From NCBI GenBank assembly GCA_024653945.1, contig JANLIT010000002.1, positions 146,508 to 210,507 on the forward strand: DNA of 64,000 nt, written 5' to 3'. A model generated the notes under the pieces. It saw only the letters and a program-made list of their open reading frames with translations, was not told where the DNA came from and ran no database searches. This DNA comes from Candidatus Campbellbacteria bacterium. Its GTDB lineage: Bacteria; Patescibacteriota; Minisyncoccia; Phycocordibacterales; EsbW-18. The stretch's first letter is position 1; each line of letters begins with the position of its first letter. Position numbers and translations under genes: made by a program. Shown here in pieces: positions 28,156-36,850 of this stretch.

Positions 28156-28443
28156 ATGCATATTCACGATGAAAAAAATAATAGTGGCATGATGTGGATG
28201 ATGGTGCTCTGTTGTGTTCTACCACTTCTTCTTATAGTGATTTTTGGTGCGGGTGGAAAAGCAATCGGTGCTCCAACGTGGTTTATTTTTGGTGGAATTA
28301 TAGTGATGGTGGTGATTCACTTCGTTATGATGAGAAAATCACACAAACATTCTGATGAACAGCATGAAGTAACTGATACAAACAACAAGAAGCAAGATAC
28401 CAAAAACGATGCGGGTCATTCTGGACACAGCTGCTGTCACTAA
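28156..28443 (+). CDS. Small membrane protein with His/Cys-rich tail (HSGHSCCH)
   Basis: 95 aa, two TM. Metal-binding-like C-terminus. Confidence 0.45.
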   Translation: MHIHDEKNNSGMMWMMVLCCVLPLLLIVIFGAGGKAIGAPTWFIFGGIIVMVVIHFVMMRKSHKHSDEQHEVTDTNNKKQDTKNDAGHSGHSCCH

Positions 28444-28446
28444 TAG

Positions 28447-28668
28447 TTGTTAAAAACAAATACTATGGAAAACAGAGTTAAATCACTAATTAAAAAGCTG
28501 AGTAGATTTGGGTTTAGTGTAAAAGAAAAAGATCGTATTGATCCTGTGTGTGGAATGAAATCAACAAGCGATTTATTTGAGAGCGACTATCGGGGTAAAA
28601 TATATTATTTTTGTTCCGAACACTGTAAAAACCAATTCGATGGCAATCCAAGCACGTATGTAAAATGA
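28447..28668 (+). CDS. YHS/TRASH-domain metal-binding protein
   Basis: DPVCGMKS...YYFCSEHCKNQF is a YHS-domain Cys pattern. Confidence 0.7.
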   Translation: MLKTNTMENRVKSLIKKLSRFGFSVKEKDRIDPVCGMKSTSDLFESDYRGKIYYFCSEHCKNQFDGNPSTYVK

Positions 28669-28669
28669 C

Positions 28670-29119
28670 ATGGACAAAAAACAGAAGTCAAAAACCTATC
28701 TGTTCGCCATTAGTGCGACCGCCGTACTCCTGCTTGTCTATATAGGTGTAGTTACAGCGGTATCTGGATGGAAATTTGCCCAAGATCAATTTGGAAATTA
28801 CTGGTACTTTCTGGTCAGTTTAGCGGGTGGTTTCGGAGTCCAAGTTGGGTTGTACTCATATCTCAAACAGCTCGTGACAAATGGCGGTATGGTTGTAGGG
28901 GGTAAGATAATGGCTACGACAGGGACAACCTCCACACTCACAATGATTTCTTGCTGTGCACATTATCTAGCAAACATAGTACCAATACTTGGGATTGCGG
29001 GGGTGTTGTCTACCATCGCTCAATATCAAGTTGAGTTTTTCTGGGTTGGGCTTGCTTTCAACGCGCTTGGCATTGTCTTTATTAGCAATAAAATAATTAC
29101 ATACAAAAGACGCGTATGA
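28670..29119 (+). CDS. Hypothetical membrane protein (CCAHY motif)
   Basis: 149 aa, 4 TM. Confidence 0.4.
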   Translation: MDKKQKSKTYLFAISATAVLLLVYIGVVTAVSGWKFAQDQFGNYWYFLVSLAGGFGVQVGLYSYLKQLVTNGGMVVGGKIMATTGTTSTLTMISCCAHYLANIVPILGIAGVLSTIAQYQVEFFWVGLAFNALGIVFISNKIITYKRRV

Positions 29120-29580
29120 GTATAAAAAAATCACTATGGATAATTATGACGATCGCCGCTGTCATTGCGGGGGCTTTTGTGTTCTATAAGAAGCTACCAT
29201 CTCTGCCGGCATCTCCAATTGAAGTTGTCACACCATCTGCAATACATACATGGGAGACAAAGATTGACGAACAGGCCGGCGTGACGGTGTCTGTCACTCC
29301 GGAAATAAACCTGGTAGATTCACAAGAGTGGAAGTTCGACATTATTATGGATACCCATTCGGTTGAGTTAGATCAGAATATGACCGAAGTTGCTGTGCTT
29401 GTCGATGACTTTGGAAATGAGTACGGTCCAACTACATGGGAGGGTGCGCCAGTAGGAGGTCACCACCGAGGAGGTGTTCTTGTCTTTACTCCGATTGTGC
29501 CGTATCCACAACATTTGAAATTAAATATACAAGGCGTTGGTGGCGTGCAAAGATCGTTTTCGTGGATTCTGACCGAATAA
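29116..29580 (+). CDS. Hypothetical secreted protein
   Basis: 154 aa, N-terminal signal anchor. No recognisable family. Confidence 0.4.
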   Translation: MSIKKSLWIIMTIAAVIAGAFVFYKKLPSLPASPIEVVTPSAIHTWETKIDEQAGVTVSVTPEINLVDSQEWKFDIIMDTHSVELDQNMTEVAVLVDDFGNEYGPTTWEGAPVGGHHRGGVLVFTPIVPYPQHLKLNIQGVGGVQRSFSWILTE

Positions 29581-29632
29581 CGTTATAGATGCGAGCGTCA
29601 TGCTGGTGCGTTTTGTGGTACAATGACGCACT

Positions 29633-30667
29633 ATGGCAGATTTAAATCAAAAAAAGTACACATTTCATGTTCATGGAATGCACTGTAAAGCATGTGTGCT
29701 TTTGACGGAAGCCGAACTAAAAGAATTGCCTAACGTGTCGTATGTAAAATCAAGTCTTACCAATCATTCAGTTGAAGTGGTGGGGGATTTTGGTGACAAA
29801 ACACCAGAGCAAATTGCGCAGGAATTGACCATTCCATTGAAAGCAAGTGGGTACATCGTGTCGGTTGAACGACAAGAACACACAGCAATATGGAGTGATT
29901 TTAAAATCGCGATTCCAATAGCACTTGGGTTTGCGGTGCTCTTTGTTCTGTTACAAAAGGCAGGACTGGTGAATCTTATCAACGCAAATGGCGTGTCGTA
30001 TGGAACGGCATTTGTTATTGGTATTGTTGCATCGCTCTCAACATGTATGGCAGTTGTTGGGGGACTCCTCCTCTCTATGTCTGCAACGTTTGCCAAGGAG
30101 GGAGACAAGATTAAACCACAACTCATGTTTCATGGCGGGCGCATTGTTTCATTCTTTCTTCTCGGTGGGGTTATTGGTGCGCTGGGATCGGCATTTACAC
30201 TCGGTACAATGGGAACGTTTATTTTAGGTCTCCTTGTTGCACTCGTGATGCTCATTCTCGGCATCAATCTTCTCGATGTATTTCCATGGGCGAAAAAGTT
30301 ACAACTATCAATGCCAGCATTTATAGGGAAGCATGCGCACGGTATTTCAAAATTCAATCACACACTCACACCACTTCTCGTTGGTGTTGCAACATTCTTT
30401 TTGCCGTGTGGATTCACACAGTCAATGCAGTTGTATGCACTTACAACAGGAAGTTTTATGAGTGGGGGACTCACCATGCTTGCCTTTGCCCTCGGTACAC
30501 TACCAGTTTTGACACTCGTGAGCTTTAGTTCATTTAGTATTAAAAATAGTTCAAAATCGGGCATCTTCTTTAAATCAGCAGGACTTATTGTTATTATGTT
30601 TGCACTGTTTAATCTCATTAACAGTCTTGTGGTCATCGGTCTTATTCCACCAGTTTTTAGCTTCTAG
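29633..30667 (+). CDS. Heavy-metal-associated (HMA) domain fused to a polytopic membrane domain (DsbD_2/UreH-like)
   Basis: N-terminal GMHCKAC HMA motif. 6-8 TM with conserved Cys (STCMAV, FLPCGFTQ). Confidence 0.6.
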   Translation: MADLNQKKYTFHVHGMHCKACVLLTEAELKELPNVSYVKSSLTNHSVEVVGDFGDKTPEQIAQELTIPLKASGYIVSVERQEHTAIWSDFKIAIPIALGFAVLFVLLQKAGLVNLINANGVSYGTAFVIGIVASLSTCMAVVGGLLLSMSATFAKEGDKIKPQLMFHGGRIVSFFLLGGVIGALGSAFTLGTMGTFILGLLVALVMLILGINLLDVFPWAKKLQLSMPAFIGKHAHGISKFNHTLTPLLVGVATFFLPCGFTQSMQLYALTTGSFMSGGLTMLAFALGTLPVLTLVSFSSFSIKNSSKSGIFFKSAGLIVIMFALFNLINSLVVIGLIPPVFSF

Positions 30668-30674
30668 TATCCGT

Positions 30675-31064
30675 ATGAACAAACTCACACTTCTGTCATT
30701 CGTTATTGCCGGCGCACTTATCTTTTTTGCGTTCACTTTCTCTAAATCAAACCCACTTCCAAATGATGTTCCAGAAAACAACGTTTCAATTGTGGATGGG
30801 GTTCAGGTTGTTGAAATTCTTGCAAAAGGAGGATACTTTCCTGAAAAAAGTGTGGCAAAGGCAGGTATTCCAACTATTTTGCGTCTCAAAACCAGCGGTA
30901 CGTTTGATTGTTCATCAATAGTCCGTATTCCGAGCTTGAATATCACGAAAAATCTGCCACCATCGGGAGGTCTTGATGTGGACCTCGGAAGTCCAAAAGC
31001 CGGAGTGATGCAGGGAACATGTGGTATGGGTATGTACCCATACGAAATTGATTTTCAAGAATAA
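30675..31064 (+). CDS. Secreted protein, possible cupredoxin-like copper-binding domain
   Basis: Signal anchor then a small beta-rich domain with C...GTCGMGMY. The cupredoxin_1-like assignment is tentative. Confidence 0.35.
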   Translation: MNKLTLLSFVIAGALIFFAFTFSKSNPLPNDVPENNVSIVDGVQVVEILAKGGYFPEKSVAKAGIPTILRLKTSGTFDCSSIVRIPSLNITKNLPPSGGLDVDLGSPKAGVMQGTCGMGMYPYEIDFQE

Positions 31065-31135
31065 TTTAATTATTTTCTGGTATATTCTGCACATAATTTT
31101 GAAAAAAGGTATGTGCGGGATATACTCTCTCTGTT

Positions 31136-31678
31136 ATGGAAACAATCCCCTATCCAATCATTAATACGCTCATCATGCTCGGCATTGCCGTGCTGCAGGT
31201 GGCATCTCTTACACTTTTGCTCGGATTGCTCAACGTGCGTGGGTTTTCTTCTGTGGTTTCGTTTGTCCGCTCTCGTGGAATGACCATTTCGTTTCTTATT
31301 CTTTTCGCGTCATTTATTGGTAGCTTGTACTACTCAGAAATTGCTGGTTTTCCAGCATGCTCGCTGTGTTGGTATCAGCGAATTCTTCTCTACCCGCAAC
31401 TTATTCTTTTTGGCGCCGCGTTGTGGAAGGGAAGACAGGATGTGTTTTTGTACACCAACACACTTTCGGCTGTTGGGTTATGTATTGCGCTGTACAACAT
31501 TGCCATTCAAACATTTCAAACAGTTTCCACTTTTTGTGATCCAGGAGGATTGGCCGTGTCATGTCTTCAAAAATATGTTATTGGGTACGGATACATTACT
31601 ATTCCGGTGATGTCAGCAACGGCTTTTGCACTTCTTCTTCTTATTGGTTGGGCAATGAGCCCCAAAATGGACAAGTAA
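31136..31678 (+). CDS. dsbB: DsbB-family disulfide bond formation protein (BdbC-like)
   Basis: 4 TM. CSLCWYQR in the first periplasmic loop and a second Cys pair (CDPGG..C). Confidence 0.75.
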   Translation: METIPYPIINTLIMLGIAVLQVASLTLLLGLLNVRGFSSVVSFVRSRGMTISFLILFASFIGSLYYSEIAGFPACSLCWYQRILLYPQLILFGAALWKGRQDVFLYTNTLSAVGLCIALYNIAIQTFQTVSTFCDPGGLAVSCLQKYVIGYGYITIPVMSATAFALLLLIGWAMSPKMDK

Positions 31679-31747
31679 GGGTTTTTTGCACTGTGGTATA
31701 ATGATCTTATTAGTACAGTTGTTTTTATTTAATTTCCATATTTATTT

Positions 31748-32410
31748 ATGCACCAAAAAACTATCTGGGTTCTTATTATTGTTATCCTTCTTGCCGGCGG
31801 TTGGTATTTTATGTCGCGTAAGACGGTGGAAGCTCCTAATGACATAGCAACAACAACACGGCAAGGTTCCGTGGGTACGCTCACTGACGGTGTGTACGCA
31901 CTTGATGTAGAGAAAAGTTCCCTTACATGGACGGGAAGTAAGACACTCATTAAAGAATATTTTGACAACGGAACGCTTTCATTCAAGGAAGGGTCTGTAA
32001 TTGTAACGGGGGGCACTCTTGTTGCGGGTTCGTTTGTTGTTGATATGAAGTCATTCAAAACGATTTCAACAAGCAATCAAAAAGTTCCAGGAAGCGCTCT
32101 GGAGACTCATCTCAAATCGGCAGATTTTTTTGATGTTGCAACGTATCCGATTGCAACCGTTGGTATCAAGAGTGTTGAAAACGGCATCGTGAAAGCGGAC
32201 GTAACCATTAAAAATGTGACGAAGGAGGTTTCTTTCCCGGCAACAATTTCACAAGATGGAAAAACACTTTCAGGCACAGCATCACTGACTCTTGACAGAA
32301 CACTGTGGGACATTCGTTACGGTTCAGGCAAATTCTTTAGTGATCTTGGGGATAAGGTTATTTCAGACTCGGTCAAAATTGACCTTACACTCGTTGCGCA
32401 AAGTAACTAG
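31748..32410 (+). CDS. YceI-like family protein
   Basis: Signal anchor followed by a YceI lipocalin-like domain (LTWTGSKTLIKEYFDNGTLSF...DVATYPIATV...GKTLSGTASLTLDRTLWDI). Confidence 0.75.
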   Translation: MHQKTIWVLIIVILLAGGWYFMSRKTVEAPNDIATTTRQGSVGTLTDGVYALDVEKSSLTWTGSKTLIKEYFDNGTLSFKEGSVIVTGGTLVAGSFVVDMKSFKTISTSNQKVPGSALETHLKSADFFDVATYPIATVGIKSVENGIVKADVTIKNVTKEVSFPATISQDGKTLSGTASLTLDRTLWDIRYGSGKFFSDLGDKVISDSVKIDLTLVAQSN

Positions 32411-32526
32411 CACACAAAGAGATTCAATCTCTAAGAACGACACCACCCTCACTGTGTAACATTTTACTGACCTCGGCGTATACTGGAGTAGATAGTACCA
32501 ATATTAAACAACTAACATTTCATTAT

Positions 32527-33387
32527 ATGGAAACAAGTGCAGTACAAAAAGCGGTAAAGTATCTTGGGTGGCTTTGTATCGTTCTCATTATTTTTGTTGG
32601 TGTTTCAGCATTAAATGCTCTTAAAGAAAACCGCTACATTGGCGGAGGGGTTTCTGCGTCTAACGTCATTACCATCAACGGTGAAGGCGAAGTATTTGCG
32701 GTTCCCGATATTGCAGAAATAGGTTTTTCGGTTTTTGCAGAGAAAAAAACACTAACCGAAGCACAGAGTGTATCGGCAGAAAAGATGAATACAATTCTCG
32801 CATTCCTTAAAGACCAAGGAATTGATGACAAAGATATTAAAACGACCAACTACAGTGCAAATCCGAAATATGAATGGACAAACGAAGTAACGCCAATGTC
32901 TAGTGGTTCGTCTGGTGCCGCAGAGCCTGGATATGGTGGTGTGCAAACATCTGTTGTATATCCTGACTACTACCCACGACCACAAAATCAAGTCATTGTT
33001 GGGTATGAAGTTCGACAAACTATTACCGTGAAAATTCGTGATACAGAGAAAGTCGGGGCACTCGTTTCTGGTATTGGTGAGAAGGGTGCGACCGATATCT
33101 ACGGTCCAACATTTACCATTGATGATGAGGTGGCATTGCAACGCGAAGCACGTCAGAAAGCAATTGATGATGCAAAAAATAAAGCAGAACAATTGGCAAA
33201 AGACCTCGGTGTAAGAATCGTGCGCATTGTAAGTTTCTCGGAAAATGGTGGTGGCTACTACCCAATGATGTTTAAGGGTATGGAAGCAACAGTATCAAGT
33301 GATTCTTCAGTTCCACCCGTCCCCCAAATTCCAGTTGGTGAGAACAAAATCACTGCAAACGTTTCTATTACGTACGAAATTCGCTAG
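32527..33387 (+). CDS. SIMPL-domain protein (YggE/DUF541-like, oxidative stress associated)
   Basis: N-terminal TM then ITINGEGEVFAVPDIAEIGFSV ... ITANVSITYEI, the SIMPL architecture. Confidence 0.7.
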   Translation: METSAVQKAVKYLGWLCIVLIIFVGVSALNALKENRYIGGGVSASNVITINGEGEVFAVPDIAEIGFSVFAEKKTLTEAQSVSAEKMNTILAFLKDQGIDDKDIKTTNYSANPKYEWTNEVTPMSSGSSGAAEPGYGGVQTSVVYPDYYPRPQNQVIVGYEVRQTITVKIRDTEKVGALVSGIGEKGATDIYGPTFTIDDEVALQREARQKAIDDAKNKAEQLAKDLGVRIVRIVSFSENGGGYYPMMFKGMEATVSSDSSVPPVPQIPVGENKITANVSITYEIR

Positions 33388-33420
33388 CTCTGCACTCGTC
33401 TCATATTTTGTAGAAGCACG

Positions 33421-33442
33421 AAAACCGCCTGGTGGCGGTTTT
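33421..33442. terminator. Rho-independent terminator nested in a 14-bp long-range inverted repeat
   Basis: aaaaccgcctggtggcggtttt, flanked by tattttgtagaagc ... gcttctacaaaata. Confidence 0.65.
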
Positions 33443-33502
33443 CTCCTTCCAGCGCCGCCGCGCTTCCAGAGGCTTCTACAAAATAGAGACTCACTCCGTA
33501 CC

Positions 33503-33529
33503 CCGAACTTTTGTGTTACAAAAGTTCGG
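33503..33529. promoter_or_regulatory. CCGAACTTTTGTGTTACAAAAGTTCGG palindrome with conserved flank, upstream of pilB
   Basis: ctccgtaccccgaacttttgtgttacaaaagttcggtgaaaataca is near-identical to 35436-35480 upstream of pilC. Confidence 0.6.
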
Positions 33530-33578
33530 TGAAAATACAAGAAGTGCTACAATATACCTAACACCCTAACACCTTTTC

Positions 33579-35327
33579 ATGCACTTTGATTTACAACAAC
33601 TCATTCAGTTTCTTGTTGATACAAAAATGCTTTCCCTTGGTAAGGCGCAAGAACTTGAAAAACGGGCCCTCGAGCAAAAAATGTCGTTTGAGGATCTCGT
33701 TGTGTCCGAGGGAATTATTCCTGAAGATGATTTGCGGAGAGCAAAATCGCACGTTCTCGGCATTCCATTTGTTGATTTAAAGAATGAAAAAATAGATTTC
33801 AAAACACTGTCGCTCATTCCTGAACCGATTGCTCGTTCAAATAATGTTGTTGCATTTCGTGTTACGGGCACAGATTTAGAGGTTGCCATGTTGGATGTGC
33901 AGGACCTTAAGGCAATTGACTTCATAAAAAAGAAAACAGGTCTTAGCATCCTTCCGCGTCTTACCGATGTTGACTCAATAAAAAATGCACTCATTCAATA
34001 CCAACGAAGTTTGAAATTGGAGTTTGGTGATATTTTGAAAAATGAGGCAGCTGCACTTTCTGCTACATCGGGAAGTGTTGGTGAAAATGCCTCTGGAGAA
34101 ACACTCAAAAAGTTAGCCGAAGATCTTCCCGTGGTACGTATTGTTGAAACGCTTATCCGCCACGCGGTTGTTGAGGGTGCATCTGATATTCATATTGAAC
34201 CCATGGAAAAGGATTTGCTTATTCGGTACCGCATTGACGGACTACTTCATGATGCAATGACCTTACCCAAACAGGTTTCGGCCGGAATAGTCGCGCGCAT
34301 TAAGGTGCTTTCCAATTTAAAACTTGATGAAAAACGACTACCACAGGATGGACGATTTAAAATGGACATTGAAAGTGAACGTGTGAGTTTTCGTGTTTCA
34401 ACACTTCCTATTTACTACGGAGAGAAGATTGTGATGCGTATTCTTCACGAAGGCGCATCCGGTTTTACACTTGAAACACTCGGTTTTCACGGAGAAGGAC
34501 TTGAAGCGCTCCATTGGGCAACAAAGCAGGCAACGGGATTGATTCTTGCAACCGGTCCGACTGGGTCAGGTAAGACAACGACCCTGTATACAGTTTTGGA
34601 TATTCTCAACACACCAGATGTAAACATTTCAACCATTGAAGACCCAATTGAGTATCAGATGCCACGGGTAAATCAGACGCAAGTAAAACCAGAAATAGGG
34701 ATGACGTTTGGAAATGGATTGCGCGCACTTGTTCGTCAGGACCCGGATATTATTATGGTGGGAGAAATTCGTGATGGAGAAACGGTCGGACTTGCAATCA
34801 ACGCCGCATTGACCGGACACCTCGTACTCTCAACAATTCACACAAACTCCGCAGCTGGTGCGGTGCCAAGAATGTTGGACATGGGTGCGGAACCATTTCT
34901 TATCGCATCTACGCTCAAGGTCATTGTTGGTCAGCGTCTTGTGCGTGTTCTTGCACGAAAAGAAAAATATTCTCTGTCTGCGGATGAATTAAAAGCGCTT
35001 GGTAAGTCAGTTGACCTTGATCGCATGCTCGGCTTTCTTATAACCGAAGGATTGGTTGCAAAGAACGCAACGTGGAAAGAAGTTCCGTTCTATCGTCCAA
35101 AAGAAGTGAAAGACGGAGATGATGGATACAAGGGGCGTATTGGTATTCATGAGGTGCTTAAGGTTTCAAGTGCACTACGCGAACTTATGATTAAACGTGC
35201 CTCAATGGAAGAAATGGAAAATCAAGCAAAGAGCGAGGGAATGATGACGATGATTGAGGACGGTGTCTTTAAGGCGGTTATGGGTTTGACGACCCTTGAG
35301 GAGGTGTTGCGTGTGGTTACCGAATAA
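33579..35327 (+). CDS. pilB: Type IV pilus assembly ATPase PilB (GspE family)
   Basis: GPTGSGKTTTLY Walker A, Asp/His boxes, N-terminal GSPII_E domain. 582 aa. Confidence 0.9.
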   Translation: MHFDLQQLIQFLVDTKMLSLGKAQELEKRALEQKMSFEDLVVSEGIIPEDDLRRAKSHVLGIPFVDLKNEKIDFKTLSLIPEPIARSNNVVAFRVTGTDLEVAMLDVQDLKAIDFIKKKTGLSILPRLTDVDSIKNALIQYQRSLKLEFGDILKNEAAALSATSGSVGENASGETLKKLAEDLPVVRIVETLIRHAVVEGASDIHIEPMEKDLLIRYRIDGLLHDAMTLPKQVSAGIVARIKVLSNLKLDEKRLPQDGRFKMDIESERVSFRVSTLPIYYGEKIVMRILHEGASGFTLETLGFHGEGLEALHWATKQATGLILATGPTGSGKTTTLYTVLDILNTPDVNISTIEDPIEYQMPRVNQTQVKPEIGMTFGNGLRALVRQDPDIIMVGEIRDGETVGLAINAALTGHLVLSTIHTNSAAGAVPRMLDMGAEPFLIASTLKVIVGQRLVRVLARKEKYSLSADELKALGKSVDLDRMLGFLITEGLVAKNATWKEVPFYRPKEVKDGDDGYKGRIGIHEVLKVSSALRELMIKRASMEEMENQAKSEGMMTMIEDGVFKAVMGLTTLEEVLRVVTE

Positions 35328-35444
35328 CTCTCCACTCGCCTAGATTGCCTCAAAAGCACGCGTCGTTTTCTGCTGAAAACGCGCTCACTCTCGGACTCAC
35401 GTCCTCCGAGAGTCTTTTTCGGCAATAGGCGAGCTCCGTACCAC

Positions 35445-35467
35445 GAACTTTTGTTGTACAAAAGTTC
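35445..35467. promoter_or_regulatory. GAACTTTTGTTGTACAAAAGTTC palindrome with conserved flank, upstream of pilC
   Basis: gctccgtaccacgaacttttgttgtacaaaagttctgtaaaataca. Confidence 0.6.
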
Positions 35468-35531
35468 TGTAAAATACACAGAATCCACCACGTGTGGGTT
35501 TTTTTGTGCGTAACTATGCGATAATGGTGCT

Positions 35532-36743
35532 ATGCGTTTGAAGTACAAAGCGGTAGCGGCTACAGGTGAAGTCTACGAAAAAATTACGGACGCGGAAGAT
35601 TCATTTGCGCTTGCCAAACAACTCACCGAAGAAGGTGAAACCCTTGTTGTTGCGACCGAAATAAAAGAAAAGGTATGGTATCAGCGATTTAATATTGACT
35701 TCGGAGGTGGTATTAAAATTACAGAGAAGATTACGTTTGCAAAAAATCTTGCAGCAATGGTTGATGCGGGTCTTACAATATCGCGAGGTATCGCAATTAT
35801 GGAACGACAATCAGGAAGTAGAAAGTTTCGTGAAGTACTCTCTCTTATTGGTGCAGAAATTCAAAAAGGAACACCTGTTTCAGCTGCGTTTGCAAAATTT
35901 CCAAAAGTATTTACAACGCTTTTTGTTGCCATGGTTCGTGCTGGAGAAGAATCGGGGAAGCTTGGAGAGGCACTACGTATTACCGCCGAACAGATGGATA
36001 GAAGTTTTGCACTCCGCCGTCGTATTCGTGGTGCGATGATGTATCCAGCCGTTATTATGTCGCTCATGGTGGTTATTGGTATTCTCATGCTCATGTATGT
36101 TGTTCCGACACTGACGACTACCTTTAAAGAATTAAAAGTTGACTTACCAGCAAGCACCCAGTTTATTATTACCATTTCGGACGGACTCGCAAATCATCCA
36201 ATACTCTATATTGGAGGACTCATACTTTTTGTTGTGTTGTGTATGCAGGCACTCCGAACTACTACGGGAAAGCGTCTGTTTGAACGTGCCATCATGCATT
36301 TGCCGGTTATTAAAACACTTGTGCAACAAACAAACTCTGCGCGTATGGCACGAACGTTCGCTTCACTCCTCTCGTCTGGTGTTGAAATTGTGTCAGGTAT
36401 CGGTATTACGAGTGATGTGCTACAGAACTCTTTTTACAAAGCGGTCTTAAAAGAAGCAGAAACAGAAATTCAAAAAGGAACACAACTTTCTGTTGTTTTT
36501 GCGCGGTATCCAAAGTTATATCCGCCCATGGTGACCGAAATGGTTGCTGTTGGAGAAGAAACGGGAAAACTACCGGACATGTTTCTCCAAATTGCGACAT
36601 TCCTTGAAACAGAAGTTGACCAGAAAACAAAAGACATGTCCACGATTATTGAGCCACTCCTGATGGTGGTTATTGGTGCGGCTGTTGGGTTTTTTGCCGT
36701 ATCAATGATTACACCAATTTACTCGCTTTCATCAAGTATTTAG
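35532..36743 (+). CDS. pilC: Type IV pilus inner-membrane platform protein PilC (GspF family)
   Basis: Two T2SSF repeats, 3 TM, 403 aa. Confidence 0.85.
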   Translation: MRLKYKAVAATGEVYEKITDAEDSFALAKQLTEEGETLVVATEIKEKVWYQRFNIDFGGGIKITEKITFAKNLAAMVDAGLTISRGIAIMERQSGSRKFREVLSLIGAEIQKGTPVSAAFAKFPKVFTTLFVAMVRAGEESGKLGEALRITAEQMDRSFALRRRIRGAMMYPAVIMSLMVVIGILMLMYVVPTLTTTFKELKVDLPASTQFIITISDGLANHPILYIGGLILFVVLCMQALRTTTGKRLFERAIMHLPVIKTLVQQTNSARMARTFASLLSSGVEIVSGIGITSDVLQNSFYKAVLKEAETEIQKGTQLSVVFARYPKLYPPMVTEMVAVGEETGKLPDMFLQIATFLETEVDQKTKDMSTIIEPLLMVVIGAAVGFFAVSMITPIYSLSSSI

Positions 36744-36752
36744 GACAAGAGA

Positions 36753-36850
36753 CATGAAACATGTAACAGGAAACATGTACCATGAAGCATAAAACAAATA
36801 ACAAAACACAAGAATCAAATTGTTACATGGTACATGCTACACGACACATG
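36753..36850 (+). repeat. GTTACATG/CATGTAAC motif cluster spanning the pseudopilin start codon
   Basis: catgaaacatgtaacaggaaacatgtaccatg...ttgttacatggtacatgctacacgacacatg. Confidence 0.6.
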
